Assembly (NCBI RefSeq): GCF_036321535.1
Contig: NC_087437.1
Span: 12,526,001 to 12,590,000 of the forward strand
Length of the DNA stretch: 64,000 nt
Source of the DNA: Camelus dromedarius
Lineage: Eukaryota
Direction of reading: 5' to 3'
Within the stretch, counting starts at the first letter, position 1, and every line of letters begins with the position of its first letter. Made by a program: the position numbers and the translations under genes. The notes beneath the pieces were generated by a model. That model was given only the letters and a program-made list of their open reading frames with translations. It ran no database searches and was not told where the DNA came from. This document shows, in pieces, positions 25,421-37,166 of the stretch.

Positions 25421-25759
25421 TTTACACTAAGGCTTCCAAGCCTTCATTTTCCCTGTAGGACTTGGGCCCATGGGGAAGCTGAGCCCAACAACCCATGGAA
25501 TCATTTGCACTCTCCCTCTCTATTTCCGAGTGAACGTCTGGCTCGTCAAACCTTTTCTCAATAAAGATGTGATTATGCATCAGTGCGAGACCAGGTCTAC
25601 TGCTCTTTGAAGTGTCTGAAACCTGATGGGACTGATGCAGGATTTATTGGATGAAAGCTTTACTTGATTTGGCCTTTTAATAAAAACCATTTTGGTCAAT
25701 AATAGAGCATGTAATCAACCCAGAATTCTGGGCATCATTGCATTTAGGACTCACTGGAA

Positions 25760-26083
25760 CGCGCCACCCGATAAGAATGTAACACTAGCCACAATTCAAG
25801 TTAGATGTGTCACTTCAAGTGATCGAGTAGCCATGTTTTTAAAAAAGTAAAAAGGAACAAGTGAAGTTACTTTCAATAATACATGCTATCTAACTCCATA
25901 TCCAAAATATTATCGTTGTAATAATTAAGTGATGTAAAACCGTTGAGAGATTTTTTCATTGTTTTTTTACTTAATCTTCAAAATTTGAAGTTACTTTCAC
26001 ACTTATAAAAATCTCCACTTGGACTAACCTCGAATGTTCAACAGTCACCTATGACCAGTGGCTACTTTGAGGCAGAACAGCAC
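25760..26083. mobile_element. MER33-like hAT MITE
   Basis: GTAGCCATG..AAAAAAGTAAAAAGGAACAAGTGAAGTTACTTTCAATAATA...CAGTGGCTAC. Confidence 0.65.
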
Positions 26084-27496
26084 TAAACCAAAGAGATGTG
26101 GGAGCTACACACAGAGCCAAGCAACCCAATGAGAAAACCCTGAAGTGCCAAGTGCAAACAGGGGAGGGGCACAGGGCAGAAAAGCGTCACAAAAGCAACT
26201 GGACACAGTTATTTTAAAGAGGAGATTGTGGAGGGAGATAATGGGAAACTTTGGGGAAATTTTACTAATTGGTGGAAAGTCTACATGGGAAAAAAAATAT
26301 ATATGCACTTTTTATGGATTTATTTGGTCAAGTTACTTTTTATTTGGAGCTAGGGAAAAAATTACACATACCAGAGTCGAGGATGTCAGATTGTAATGAG
26401 AGAGCGCTTCGGAAAGAATTATTTGAGGACCAGAGTTACTCCATTTGAATGACTTAAAGCTTCTTGACCTCTAGACCCCTTTCAGTTTTCTAGATCAGAG
26501 GAGAATAATAAATTTTTAAAATCCTATTTCTTTCTTTCCTACTAGCAAAAGAGTGTGCCTTCAGCTCCCATAGAGGTTCGGATAGTACAAATGGAAGCCT
26601 TGGCTTTCTGAGCCTTGTTTTGGTAGCTTGGGGAAAAACACCAACAAACAAACCCAGAGATAAGAGCCAGGGAGACTGGAGGATGTGATTGTGAGTGAAA
26701 CTTCTCTGGATGCGTGATGTCAGCAGCACAAACTGTTTTCATTCTCCGAGTTAGTTAATGGCTAATCTCGAGATTGTACTGCCATTTGCTGATAGAGCAC
26801 AGTTTAAAATATTTTATCATTAATGTGACAGGGAGTTGGATAAAGAAAATGAAGCGTGATTATAAAATGCTAATTATCGTTCTCAAGTGCATATTGGGCA
26901 CTCACGAATATTTGCAGCGTAATTTGCTTTATTTATTATTTCAGTTTGGTTATAAATGTTAATTCAATTGCAGATGGTATGTTGGCAATTTACGGAGCTA
27001 TAAAGTTATTTGGAAATCCTAATATTTTCTACCAAAATGTTCTGTTAGTGATGGATGGGCTAAATTAAAAAGCCCCTGCTCTTTAGAGTTAAATACATTA
27101 ATTGGCAAGTAGGCTGCAGGGATTTCCAGATTCACGCTGGCTACGTTAACTCCTTGAAGGAGTGGAGGGCGTGATTTGTTATTTTGAGTGGGAATTTTCT
27201 TCCTGAGAAAGGATGGGAGGAAGGAGATCTCTTTTTCCTACCACCCCCATAATGTGTCTTCAAGGCTAAGATTTTTTTCATGTCCCGTTCATAGCACTAA
27301 AGACACATGTTTGAAGCCACAGTTTTCCTGTTACCACATCCATGGCCGCAGAGACCCTGATGTTGATAATTAGGAGTATTTGTGTGTGACTGTGTATCCA
27401 TGTGTGTGTGGCTGTCTGTGCATGTGGAAGAGAGAGATAGAGATCGGGTTTCCTCAGACCTCACTGATTACTTAAAAATATACATTAGTTTTAGGC

Positions 27497-27822
27497 CAGA
27501 GGTTGCCAAACTATAGCCCACAGGCTAAATCTGGTCCACCACCTGTTTTTGTACAGCTGAAAGCTAAGACTATTTTTTTACATCTGAAAAGCTTAGAAAA
27601 AAAATTTAAAAGAATATTCTAGGATACATGAAAATGATAGGAAATTCAGATGCAGAGCTCGTGAATAAAGTTTTCTGAGAACACCGCCATGCTGGCTCAT
27701 TGATGGACGGTCTGAGCTGCTTTCACCCAGCCGTGGCCAACGTGAGCATCTGCAGCAGAGACTACGGCTCACAGTCTGCAAAGTTTACAGTATGGCCCTT
27801 TGCAGGAGTCTGCCAGCCCCTT
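27497..27822. mobile_element. MER58B-like hAT MITE
   Basis: CAGAGGTTGCCAAACTATAGCCCACAGGCTAAATCTGG...TGGCCCTTTGCAGGAGTCTGCCAGCCCC. Confidence 0.85.
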
Positions 27823-27950
27823 CGATTAGACTATCTAAAGTGTAGTTCTCAAAAGAAAGCCTTAACCTTTTTTTTTTTTAAACCCCATTACATAATTTAT
27901 GGAACCATAAGGACTTTGGGGAGCAAATAGTTTCAGAGCACAACTCTTCT

Positions 27951-28080
27951 TTTTTTTGGAGGGGGGAGGTAATTAGGTTTATTTATTTATGTATTTTTTT
28001 TTTAATGGAGGTACTGGGGATTGAACCCAGGATCTTATGCATGCTAAGCATGCACTCTACAACTGAGCTATACCTTCCCC
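27951..28080 (-). mobile_element. tRNA-Ala-derived SINE, camelid vic-1 type
   Basis: Minus strand reads GGGGAAGGTATAGCTCAGTTGTAGAGTGCATGCTTAGCATGCATAAGATCCTGGGTTCAATCCCCAGTACCTCC, then an A-rich (TAAA)n-CCTAATTACCTCCCCCC tail. A and B boxes are present; CACAACT flanks both sides (27939 and 28083). Confidence 0.9.
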
Positions 28081-28205
28081 ACCACAACTTCATTTTTTGA
28101 AAGCTGGGAAGATTATAAATATGAGCCCTGGCTTCCTTCTTTTGCCTTGATGTTAGTGATTAAAAGAAGTGATATTATATGACTAATGTAAATAATTTGG
28201 GGCTT

Positions 28206-28228
28206 TATATATATATATATATATATAT
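28206..28228. repeat. (TA)n microsatellite
   Basis: Direct reading. Confidence 0.95.
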
Positions 28229-29078
28229 AAAACTTAAAACACTCTCTCTGCCTCCTAAACAAAGATAAAAGTAAAGATTGTTTTCTTTTCTTATCAAATT
28301 AAAAACATAAACTAAGCCATGTTCCTGGATCCTTCTATTTTTGTTACCAATTAAGGGTCGTATGTGGAAGCGCAGTAATATCAGGAAATATGGCTCCCTT
28401 ATATTACTCGTTTGGGGAAATGTCATTCTTTACTAAGAAATACTGTGCTTAATTAATTCTTGCTCCTTGGAGGTCAACCTGGGGCACTCATTATGGCCTT
28501 AATTGGTGGTATAAATCCTGAGACCCCGGAGGAAAGCACATCGCATGGCGAGTGGTCTCTGGCCCTTTAGGCGAGCGTGCGCCAGCGCCGTCCCACCTCG
28601 GAGAGTGACAGCTTCTGGTTTTGATGGCTTCGGGTCTGGCCGCACTGATACTAGGTTTAAAGGCCAATGTGCAATAAGAAAAGAAATGTGGTGACTTGTC
28701 CCGGTGTTTTGCATTAAACAGTGTGAGACAACCCACTACCTTCTGACTTGGAAAAATGTGTTTTCTTTGAACTCCGGTTTTTCGTATTAAATTATAGTCA
28801 TTACACAGCCCATCTGGAATCTCCTGCCAGGCCAAAAATCATCTTAGAGACATTAGCCAAAGGAAGTTAAATGTAATTTTTTTTAATTGTATACTTTTCA
28901 TTTCCATTTATTTTTTTCCCTTTTATTGGAGAAACCAGATGGAAAGGAAGGCAGGAGCCTCTTCCTCTACCGGGTTCCCTTCGGGAGCAGGGGCAGAACA
29001 CTCCTGGCCGTGGCTCCGCTCACATGCTGACTTGAGGTGATGACGGGTCTGTCTAGATTCCGGGGATAATTGCTGGGA

Positions 29079-29092
29079 AGGTCAAGAGTTCA
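29079..29092 (+). promoter_or_regulatory. Candidate DR2 retinoic acid response element AGGTCA-AG-AGTTCA
   Basis: Perfect RGKTCA-N2-RGKTCA in non-repetitive-looking sequence; function untested. Confidence 0.4.
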
Positions 29093-29910
29093 CTGTTAAG
29101 CTCACATGGGCTTGGGGTGGTGGGGTTTGCAGGGTGTGAACAGTGTAGGGGCCAACCCTGGGCTTTCGCTAAAGCGGCTGACAGTGTGGGCGTGGAACTC
29201 ACCCGTGTCACACGTGACGCGCTCATTTTCATGTCCTGCTGTGGACTTGGGTATTTTGCTGGGCGTTGTCTGTTTGCTGGATTTTGACTTTGTTGGGGAA
29301 GGACCCACAGGTGGGAGATTTTGGTTTTCTTCGTGTCTTTCTATCCCACCAAGCCAGACCCACCCCACAAAGGGCATGGACCCGTGCTCATACTGGGAAC
29401 ATGCGAATGTGTTGTTCCCTTGTTCAGACTCTTGGAAATCTCAGACATCGGCGCTGGAAGGTGGGTAGAGGTGATTTCAGATGTGTGAAACGGAACCACA
29501 AGAGTAATTCAACCGTTTACCGGGGTCCCAAAGCCAGTGAGAGGCAGAGCGGAAACGACCCACAAACGCCTTTTGGATGGAACCCCTCTTGGTGCTTTTC
29601 CTCTCGGCTGTACCTCCACTCTGGCAGAGGACCTTTGGCAAACTGGGTCATTCCCCCGTGCAGCCCTCCACCCATCCAGAGGAGCAGATAAACCAGGTCA
29701 GGTACCAGATGTGGTGCTGAGGATACAAAACTAGAGGGTTAAGACAAGCCTTCGACTTAACAAACGACATCAGAACGATTCTACAGTCACTATCTGTGGA
29801 TTCACCCAAATAAATCCCCGAGTTGCTGTATCTGGAGAGGATATTTTAAATTCAGATATTGGTGAGATACTGTTTGACCATATATTGATATCCAGTACCT
29901 GTAGGCATTT

Positions 29911-30474
29911 TTCTTTTCTTTTTTTAATTGAAGTATAGTCCGTTACAATGTGTCACTTTCTGGTGTACATATAGCACAATGTCCCAGTCATGCCTGTACA
30001 TTCATATGTTCATGTTCATATTCTTTTTCATTAATTATTACAAGATACTGAATATAGTTCCCTGTGCTATACAGAAGAAACTTGTTTTTTTTAATCTATT
30101 TTTATATATAGTGGTTAACATTTGCAAATCTCAAACTCCCAGATTTATCTCTTCCCACCTCTTTCCCCTGGTAACCATAAGATTGTTTACTATTGTTACT
30201 ATGTTTACTATGTCTGAATCTGTTTCTGTTTCATAGATGAGTTCATTAGTGCCCTTTCTTTCTTCTCTTTTTTAGATTCTGCATATGAGTGATAGCATAT
30301 GGTATTTTTCTTTCTCTTTCTGACTTACTTTACTTAGAATGATGATCTCCATGTTGCTGAAAACGGCATTATTTCATTCTTTCTTATGGCTGAGTAGTAT
30401 TCCATTGTATAAATATACCACAACTTCTTTATCCAGTCATCTGTCGATGGACATTTAAGTTGCTTCCATGTCTT
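29911..30474 (-). mobile_element. Young L1 3' end
   Basis: Poly(T), TTGAAGTATAGTCCGTTACAATGTGTC.. through ..TTATCCAGTCATCTGTCGATGGACATTT; GCATTT on both flanks. Confidence 0.9.
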
Positions 30475-31843
30475 GCATTTCTTGATTATGGTCTTGGGGA
30501 GTCAAAAGGGATGAGGGAGATTAGGGCACATTTTTAATTTCTAGTAATAAATCCTTGTATCCTGTGCACAATTTTATTTCAATCAGGATCCAATCACAGA
30601 TAGGTAACTTGATTATCTAAATATATTTTCATTGCTCTAAATATTTTCTTCAGTTTAGGACCAGGTCTCCAAGTACACCTAGCAGTGGTCTCAGCTAATG
30701 TGTCTTATGACACACCTGAGATTTGGTGGGTGGAGGAGGAGGCATGCTGGGCGACCCCCTTCCTATCTCCTTCACACTCCTCCTCACTCACATGCGATGC
30801 TGCCTTTGTGTCTGTCATGTCACTGTCACTGGTCCACTCAGCTAAGAGCTTCTTTAAGGAACCTGGCCCTGTCCTCCCTCATTCATGTTTGACACAGTAA
30901 CAGACACACATTACAGATGAAAATAGCTACTCCAGGTTTTCCCTTCCTTAGCAGTGTATTAACAGTACATCCACTAAGCAGGTGGCTTTGGCTTTAAATA
31001 AGAGGCCCCATAGTTTCTCCATCCCTGAGCGTGTGAGGTGGTGTCCCCTACCACTCTCCCCTTTCAACAGCGCAGATAAGGTATCAACACAATTAAAAGT
31101 GAAAAATAATCGGGCTGCTTTGCCGGTAGTGAATGCTTACGGAACACACACGGATACAATAGATTTTAAATAATTCATGATCGGCACTCTTTTCCTCAAT
31201 CTGTAAATGAGGACATCTAATGCGGAAGGGCCTCGGGACACCCTATCCTGCCCCCATTAAGATAACAAGGCGAGGGGCCATGATTCGAGTTGGGATATGT
31301 GTGAAGCACAGTGCGGATAGAAAAGAAAAATTAAAAGAGATGATGTTCTGAAATGCTTCGTAAAAGCCGCTTAGCAACCAGAAATGACAGATGAATTGAG
31401 TATCTCCTTCTGAGGGACTCCTAAAAGTCCTTTCCATTTTCTTGGCAGGATTAAAGTGCCACTTCGGTGTCACTGCCCAGTGTTTTCACAAGGTCTCTTA
31501 TGCTCACCGAGGTGTAATGTTCAGTTCTGAGGGGTATCTTGCAGCCGACTTTGGGTAAACCAAGTAGACCTCAGGTGATGTTAAAAACAAATGGGAATTA
31601 CTACATGACGTCTTATGTCTTACCCTCCTGAGATGCATTCTGTCCCAAATGACCAGGGTCATGTGATTCACAGCAGCTTTTCCAGCCCTGAGAGGGTGAG
31701 TGGTCCAACCCTAAAGGATTTATCCAGCAGCTCTAACTCCCTTTTGCCCCTACAAATCCCCGAAGTCTAGTGGCAGTGCTGTCCCGCAGAAACAAAACTG
31801 CTAAACTATTAACAAAAAGTCATTCAGTCCTTTGGTGCTTACG

Positions 31844-31866
31844 TGTCAGGTGGTCATGATTTATGG
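31844..31866 (+). promoter_or_regulatory. Candidate MEIS plus PBX-HOX composite site
   Basis: TGTCA (31844-31848), 8 nt, then TGATTTATGG (31857-31866). Confidence 0.35.
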
Positions 31867-34800
31867 GGGTTCAGCTCTTTTTCCTACACCTGCCTGTGGA
31901 CAGCTCCTAATTATTCATTAGAGAAAACTCTGGATAAAAATATCAGCCCTGAAAACGTGTGTGTTCCAAGGAAGAAGGCCAACCATGTCCAAGGAAATTT
32001 TCAGTCCTGTTTGATCTAAGGAAAATAATTCTCTGATTCCATCTACAGGCAGCTGCTTAAGAGAGACTGAAGTTCTTTCAGATGAGATCAAAATCAACAC
32101 ACCCTTCCAAGTTATCTTCCTTGTCCTTCTGCAGAAAATTGGAAGGGGAAATGGAGTTCCGTGGAGTGATCAATTGGAGGGAGCAGAGTAGGGTGAAGAA
32201 CCCCCGGGCTCCTGGGAGGCTTGCTGGCGGGGAGCCTGGGACCTGACACCCCTCCTTTCCAACGGGGACCTCGCTGCAAGCCCATCCCCAGTGGTGGGGC
32301 TTGGTGAGGCCAAGTGGGAAGGAGCCACTGAGGAGGAAAATGTAATGATGATACAGGAACTAGAAAGTGAACATCCAGCTTTTCACTCAAGATGTGTGTT
32401 TCTTCTGTCTAAAGCCAGCAATTTTGGAACATGAAACTAAGAGTTTAAAAATAAGGGCTCTGTCAGGGAAAATAAAACATGTCCCCCTCCATCCATTAGG
32501 CTGCCTTTAATTGAAAACCGGAGAACAGTCTAACTAATTGGCAGGTACCTCTTTTATGACCGGGACTGTTTCTGCCCTGCTCTCCAGTGTAATCAGAAGG
32601 CGGCCACCCCTTTTATCAACTGAAGTCAGGGATGAGATGGAAGAGCAGAGAAATAACACGTACAAAATTAATTGTGTGTGTTCTGCCAAATTTTCTCTTA
32701 TAAAATAGGCACAGAAAGCACAAAAGTTAAGGTCTCCAAGAGCAGCAGCCCCAGAGTGCGTTTTTATAATGCATGGTGCTTGGGTGGAAGCTGTAATGTG
32801 CTAATTGCAGGCAAGTTCACGCGGTTGAAAAGAACTTTACCTTCTGCATCGGGGACCTATTCAATTTCAGATCTTGGCACTGTGCTGACATAATATTGTA
32901 TTTTAATTTTAAAGATCAAGAAAGAGGAGCTGGGGGTGAAATTTGAGCCAATTCCTTACTAATTTGGAGTAAGAAAGAGGGAGGGTTGAGATAAATCATG
33001 AAGTTGGTATTGCTGTCTGAATTTATGCTACTGGAGTTTCACTCTTGAAAACAGAACTCCCCTTATTTTCCTTATGCTGAAAGAATTTTGGTGGTTTATT
33101 AATTGAATTTAAGTTTCTCTGCTGATCTTTCTTTTCCTCTCTTTCCTTCTCCATGGAATCTCCATGTGATCTTTAAAAAGCAAAATCACTTGCAGCACGT
33201 TATTTTTTCATTATAAAAACTGCACGTGCTCCATCAGAAAGATGGTTAAGATACTGCCTGCAAAGGATTCCTGTTTTGAGGGAGGAAGGCATGAAACCCA
33301 GTCATGGCAGGGCTGTGGGGTGGATGTTACCACAGGGTGTGCTGCTCTGACACCGTAGGATTCACGGGAGCCTGACCCTCTCTCTGGGGTTGTATCATGA
33401 ACTAAAGGGCAAGGTGGGGAAAGGACTTTTGAGTCATGGGGAACAGCATGTGTGAAGGCTTGGAGGAGACAGAGAATGTTCTCAGTGTGGAAGGCTTGGA
33501 AACACAGGACTGGACAAAGGACAGGGGCAACTTTGAGGGGCAGGTGGGCTCTACACCAGTGATGATCTCAGCGTTCAGAGGGCGTGGATTTGGGGGAACA
33601 TGCAGGATCGGGTCTTAGCCTGGAGTCACCACGGCCTCTCCATACAAGGACAGAATCCATTTTGAGAGCTGGAGCTTAAGCAGTACTTTCTCTATAAATT
33701 GTTGGCGAGATTGTGCTCTGTCAGAGCAGGGGCTGTGGCGAGGAGAAGCCGACGGCTCTGTCCAATAAGTGCCCATGATTTTACAGCTGTCAGACTCTTG
33801 AAGACTTAAACGTGAATGCCTGCCAGCTTTCCCGCGTCTGCTCTCACATCGTCTATGATTTCTTCCTTTGCACGTCAGATTCAGGACGTAACCACATATA
33901 AAATAAGTGAGAAAAATTCCAGAGGAACGATCCCTGAACAGTCCTGAAAATTCAGTGAACTTGGAAAAAGTACAACCAGTTCTGGACAAGCATTTTTTTT
34001 CCTTTTCTAATTGAGCCCCTTCTTCACATCACAGAACAATGCAGGTGCATCGTAATGATCGGTGTCAGTGAGAGGCCTTTGAATCGTGTGATATGCAGAG
34101 TGGCCATGAGACGTACATTGTCATCAACCAGCATGTTGTGACAGAGCCGAGTCCTGGCTTTGTGGGTGGTGACAGGCTGCGTACCGGACTTCTGAAAGAG
34201 ATTTAAAATTTCATGCTCCTCTGCAAAGAGTTTAAGTCTATTTGAATGCGTTTTGGCTCTGTCCCCTGCTTACCTTCCCCCCTCTTCAGTACACATGAAG
34301 ATCTTGAATTTGGGTCCAGAAGAGATTTAGTAATTAATGTGTAAAGCAGCTGGGGTCTGCTAACTCCCGGGCGCTGGCTGAGGAGCTATTTTGGTGCATT
34401 TTCTCAGTAAAAGAATTAAGAATTAAAAAACGTAAAATGCACTGGCTCCTTGCCCTGTTATACTTAGAGGAATCCTGACGACAAATCGGTAACTGTGGGT
34501 TTCTCTGTGGAAGGGCACAAAATAACTGACCCAAGTAATCTAGAAAACAGATGTCTTTAGTTGCTTTAAAGTAAATTCTCAAGACCAGATTGAAAGAAAT
34601 CTATGTGGAGCCCAGCGAAATCATCCATTTTACATTTTTTCCCCTCTTTCATCGTTTTTCTTCCTACGCAGATTCTTGAAAAGAGGGAACGTGGTCCCAC
34701 AATGCTGTATTTGTGATATTTAACCTGCTATACAGAAATTCTTTGGATAACAGATTAACTGCTCACGCTCATACTCCTCACCTTCTTTCTAATTTATTCT

Positions 34801-35159
34801 TTAATTTGGTGGCTCTCAGTGGGAGTCAGAGACATCTAGGGGGCATCTGGATGAGCTTCTGGATACCCTCCTGAGGTTGCACCTAAAATATATGCTATTT
34901 GGAAGGAAATTTCATCCAATTCTGAAAAAGTTCTTTGTGTTCTTCCTGCCCCTCCCAGCCCCCTCCAAAGTCCCCTATCCACGTGGGAAATCCAGCCCCG
35001 TGTGGAGCATCAAATACCTTCTGAATGGATTTCCCTTCTGGCCCTTTCTGGGGCCACAGAATTGCTCAGAAGCATCCTGAAGAGATGCTGGGGAGAATAA
35101 GTGTGATTGTGGTAGGTTTGCTTAATTCTGTCCGATCCACAGTCTCAAAACTAGCCTTA

Positions 35160-35387
35160 GATAAATAACTAGGACCTACTGTAGAGCACCAGGAACTATA
35201 TTCAACATCTTGTAATAACCTATAATGGCAAATAATTGAAAAAAGGAAGGTTATATACATAACCAAATCACTTTGCTGCACACCTGAAACTAACACAATA
35301 TTATAAATCAACTATTAAACATAAAAAGAACCACTGACAAGAATCAATCAGAAAAAAAAAAAAAAAGACAAAAAACAACAGCAACAA
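35160..35387 (+). mobile_element. 5'-truncated L1 3' end with a perfect 13-bp TSD and extra sequence before the poly(A)
   Basis: TSD AAAACTAGCCTTA at 35147-35159 and 35388-35400; L1 tail ..CACACCTGAAACTAACACAATATTATAAATCAACTAT. Confidence 0.9.
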
Positions 35388-35499
35388 AAAACTAGCCTTA
35401 AGGTCACCAGGAGGAGAAGAGAGGCTACCCAGGGCTTCTAGGTCCTGACCAAGGAAGAGGGTTGGAACCGTTCATTGGCTGGAGATGATCTTCTAAAGC

Positions 35500-35665
35500 C
35501 AGGACTGCCTGCATAATTTGCAGGACACAATACAAAATGAAAATGCTTGCCTCTTGTTCAAAACCTGTCCTGAATTTCAAGACAGTGACAGCAGATTCGT
35601 AAACCGAGTGCAGGACCCTTCCAAGGATGGGACTATGTGGCTGCCCAGGCCACACACTTGCACTT
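35500..35665. mobile_element. MER91A-like hAT MITE
   Basis: CAGGACTG..CATAATTTGCAGG..ACAAAATGAAAATG..CTTGTTCAAAA..GAATTTCAAGACAGTGACAGCAG. Confidence 0.75.
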
Positions 35666-37124
35666 TTTAAAAACAGCCAGTTTAACCAGTAGTGTTTACT
35701 TGCCTTGTGAAACTCTCTCCCCACAAATTTTGTCTGGGGTTATTGGCCCCCAAACCTGATCGATTGGCTGCCTACCAGTTGAAATGGAGGTGGGGGTTGG
35801 TTATAAGAATCAATCAGACTTATCTAATAGTTGGTCACTTTAAATTTTATCCAACATCGTGTTTTGGAAATATAAAATGCTATTTTTTTCACCTAAATTG
35901 AAAGACATTTTGTCCAACCAATTACTCTCATCTTACTTGTTGTTTCCCAAGTTTACATTACCTGGTAGCATTTCTTCCCCGGATCACGTTCCTCTAAAAT
36001 AAAGAACAAGGTGGACTGAGCGCATTGGCTCCGTGCACTCCGGGGACCCGGGAAACTTCGGAGGTTTAAACCTTGATCTCTGATGTCGTGAGTTCAGGTT
36101 CGCAGCGAGAACTCGGGCAGCCTCTGTGTTGGTTTTCCCAGGGAGTTTTATTAAGTGGGGATCAGAAGGATGGAGAGCATTGGCCTCTGGGTCTAATAGG
36201 GGTTGAGCTCTCAGGGGCTCACCTGACAAAGTCCAGGAAAAGGCCATAAAAACACTCTGCAGGAAATACTAGTTCCCACAGAGATGATGGTTTTTGCTAT
36301 ATCTGTAGTCATCACCTTCTGTCGAACCGTCTTCCAGGCATCTCTCCAGATCAAGGCTTGCCTTTCTAACCTAGGCAAGAGTGCACGTGCTCAGGGAACT
36401 TCTGGTCCAAGGGGGCTGAAAGGAGATAGTTGGGCCTTAGGTGCATGGTCAGGATCCAAGGGAAAGGACAGGAGAGACCCTTTCCCAGGGAGCAGGGAAG
36501 AGGCTACCTCACAGAAGCCGCAGCCGTCAGACATCGGAGCTGTCAGCCTGCACTGCTGTCATCCAGTCGTCTTTACTAAATTCCCAAAAGTGGGACCTTG
36601 CCCTGCCAGGGACTTTTTTTTAAACAAAAGAATAAACAACTCTAAGCCTCCACCTCTTGGGACATCTCGATTTTTCTGTTTGGAGTATGAACCTTACGGT
36701 GTTTTCCCTTCTTGGCTCCGAGCAGCCCCCTCAACTTGACTGCTCGGTGTTCCCCGTGCTACCTTCATGCCCGCCCTCCCTGCTCGGGAGGAAGCGCCCT
36801 GTTTGTCATCAAAATAGTGGGCTGTTTTTCTACTTTCTCCCTCCCTCGCACCCATTGTCTTTCAGTGGGGTGAAAAGGTCTTCACTTTTCTCTTTCTCCC
36901 CCCAAATCGGGCTATTAATAACTTCCCCAAAGTTGTCACGCATAGACTTCCACTCACTCTGCAGGCTGTTTTTTGTTTGTTTAAGGCAACGTGTTTCCTG
37001 GTCTGAAAACCGGGTTTCCCAAAGTGGCTGTGATGGGATTATTCCACACTCACCTCCAACCAGCAGTGTCTCTGCTCCTGGCTGGAAGTGGAATTGTAGC
37101 TCTGTGTTGGACTGGCCCACACCT

Positions 37125-37166
37125 GGACCCGGACCAGGACTTGGACCTGGATCCGGACCCAGACCT
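37125..37166. repeat. Degenerate hexamer tandem (GGACCN)7
   Basis: GGACCC GGACCA GGACTT GGACCT GGATCC GGACCC AGACCT. Confidence 0.85.

Noticed and set aside
28010..28080. tRNA-Ala gene
   Set aside because: It has a SINE tail and flanking duplication and has diverged from tRNA structure; it is the head of a SINE.
24189..32563. Exact 13-mer CTTTTATGACCGG at 24189 and 32551
   Set aside because: Roughly 30 exact 13-mer repeat pairs are expected by chance in 64 kb under uniform base frequencies.
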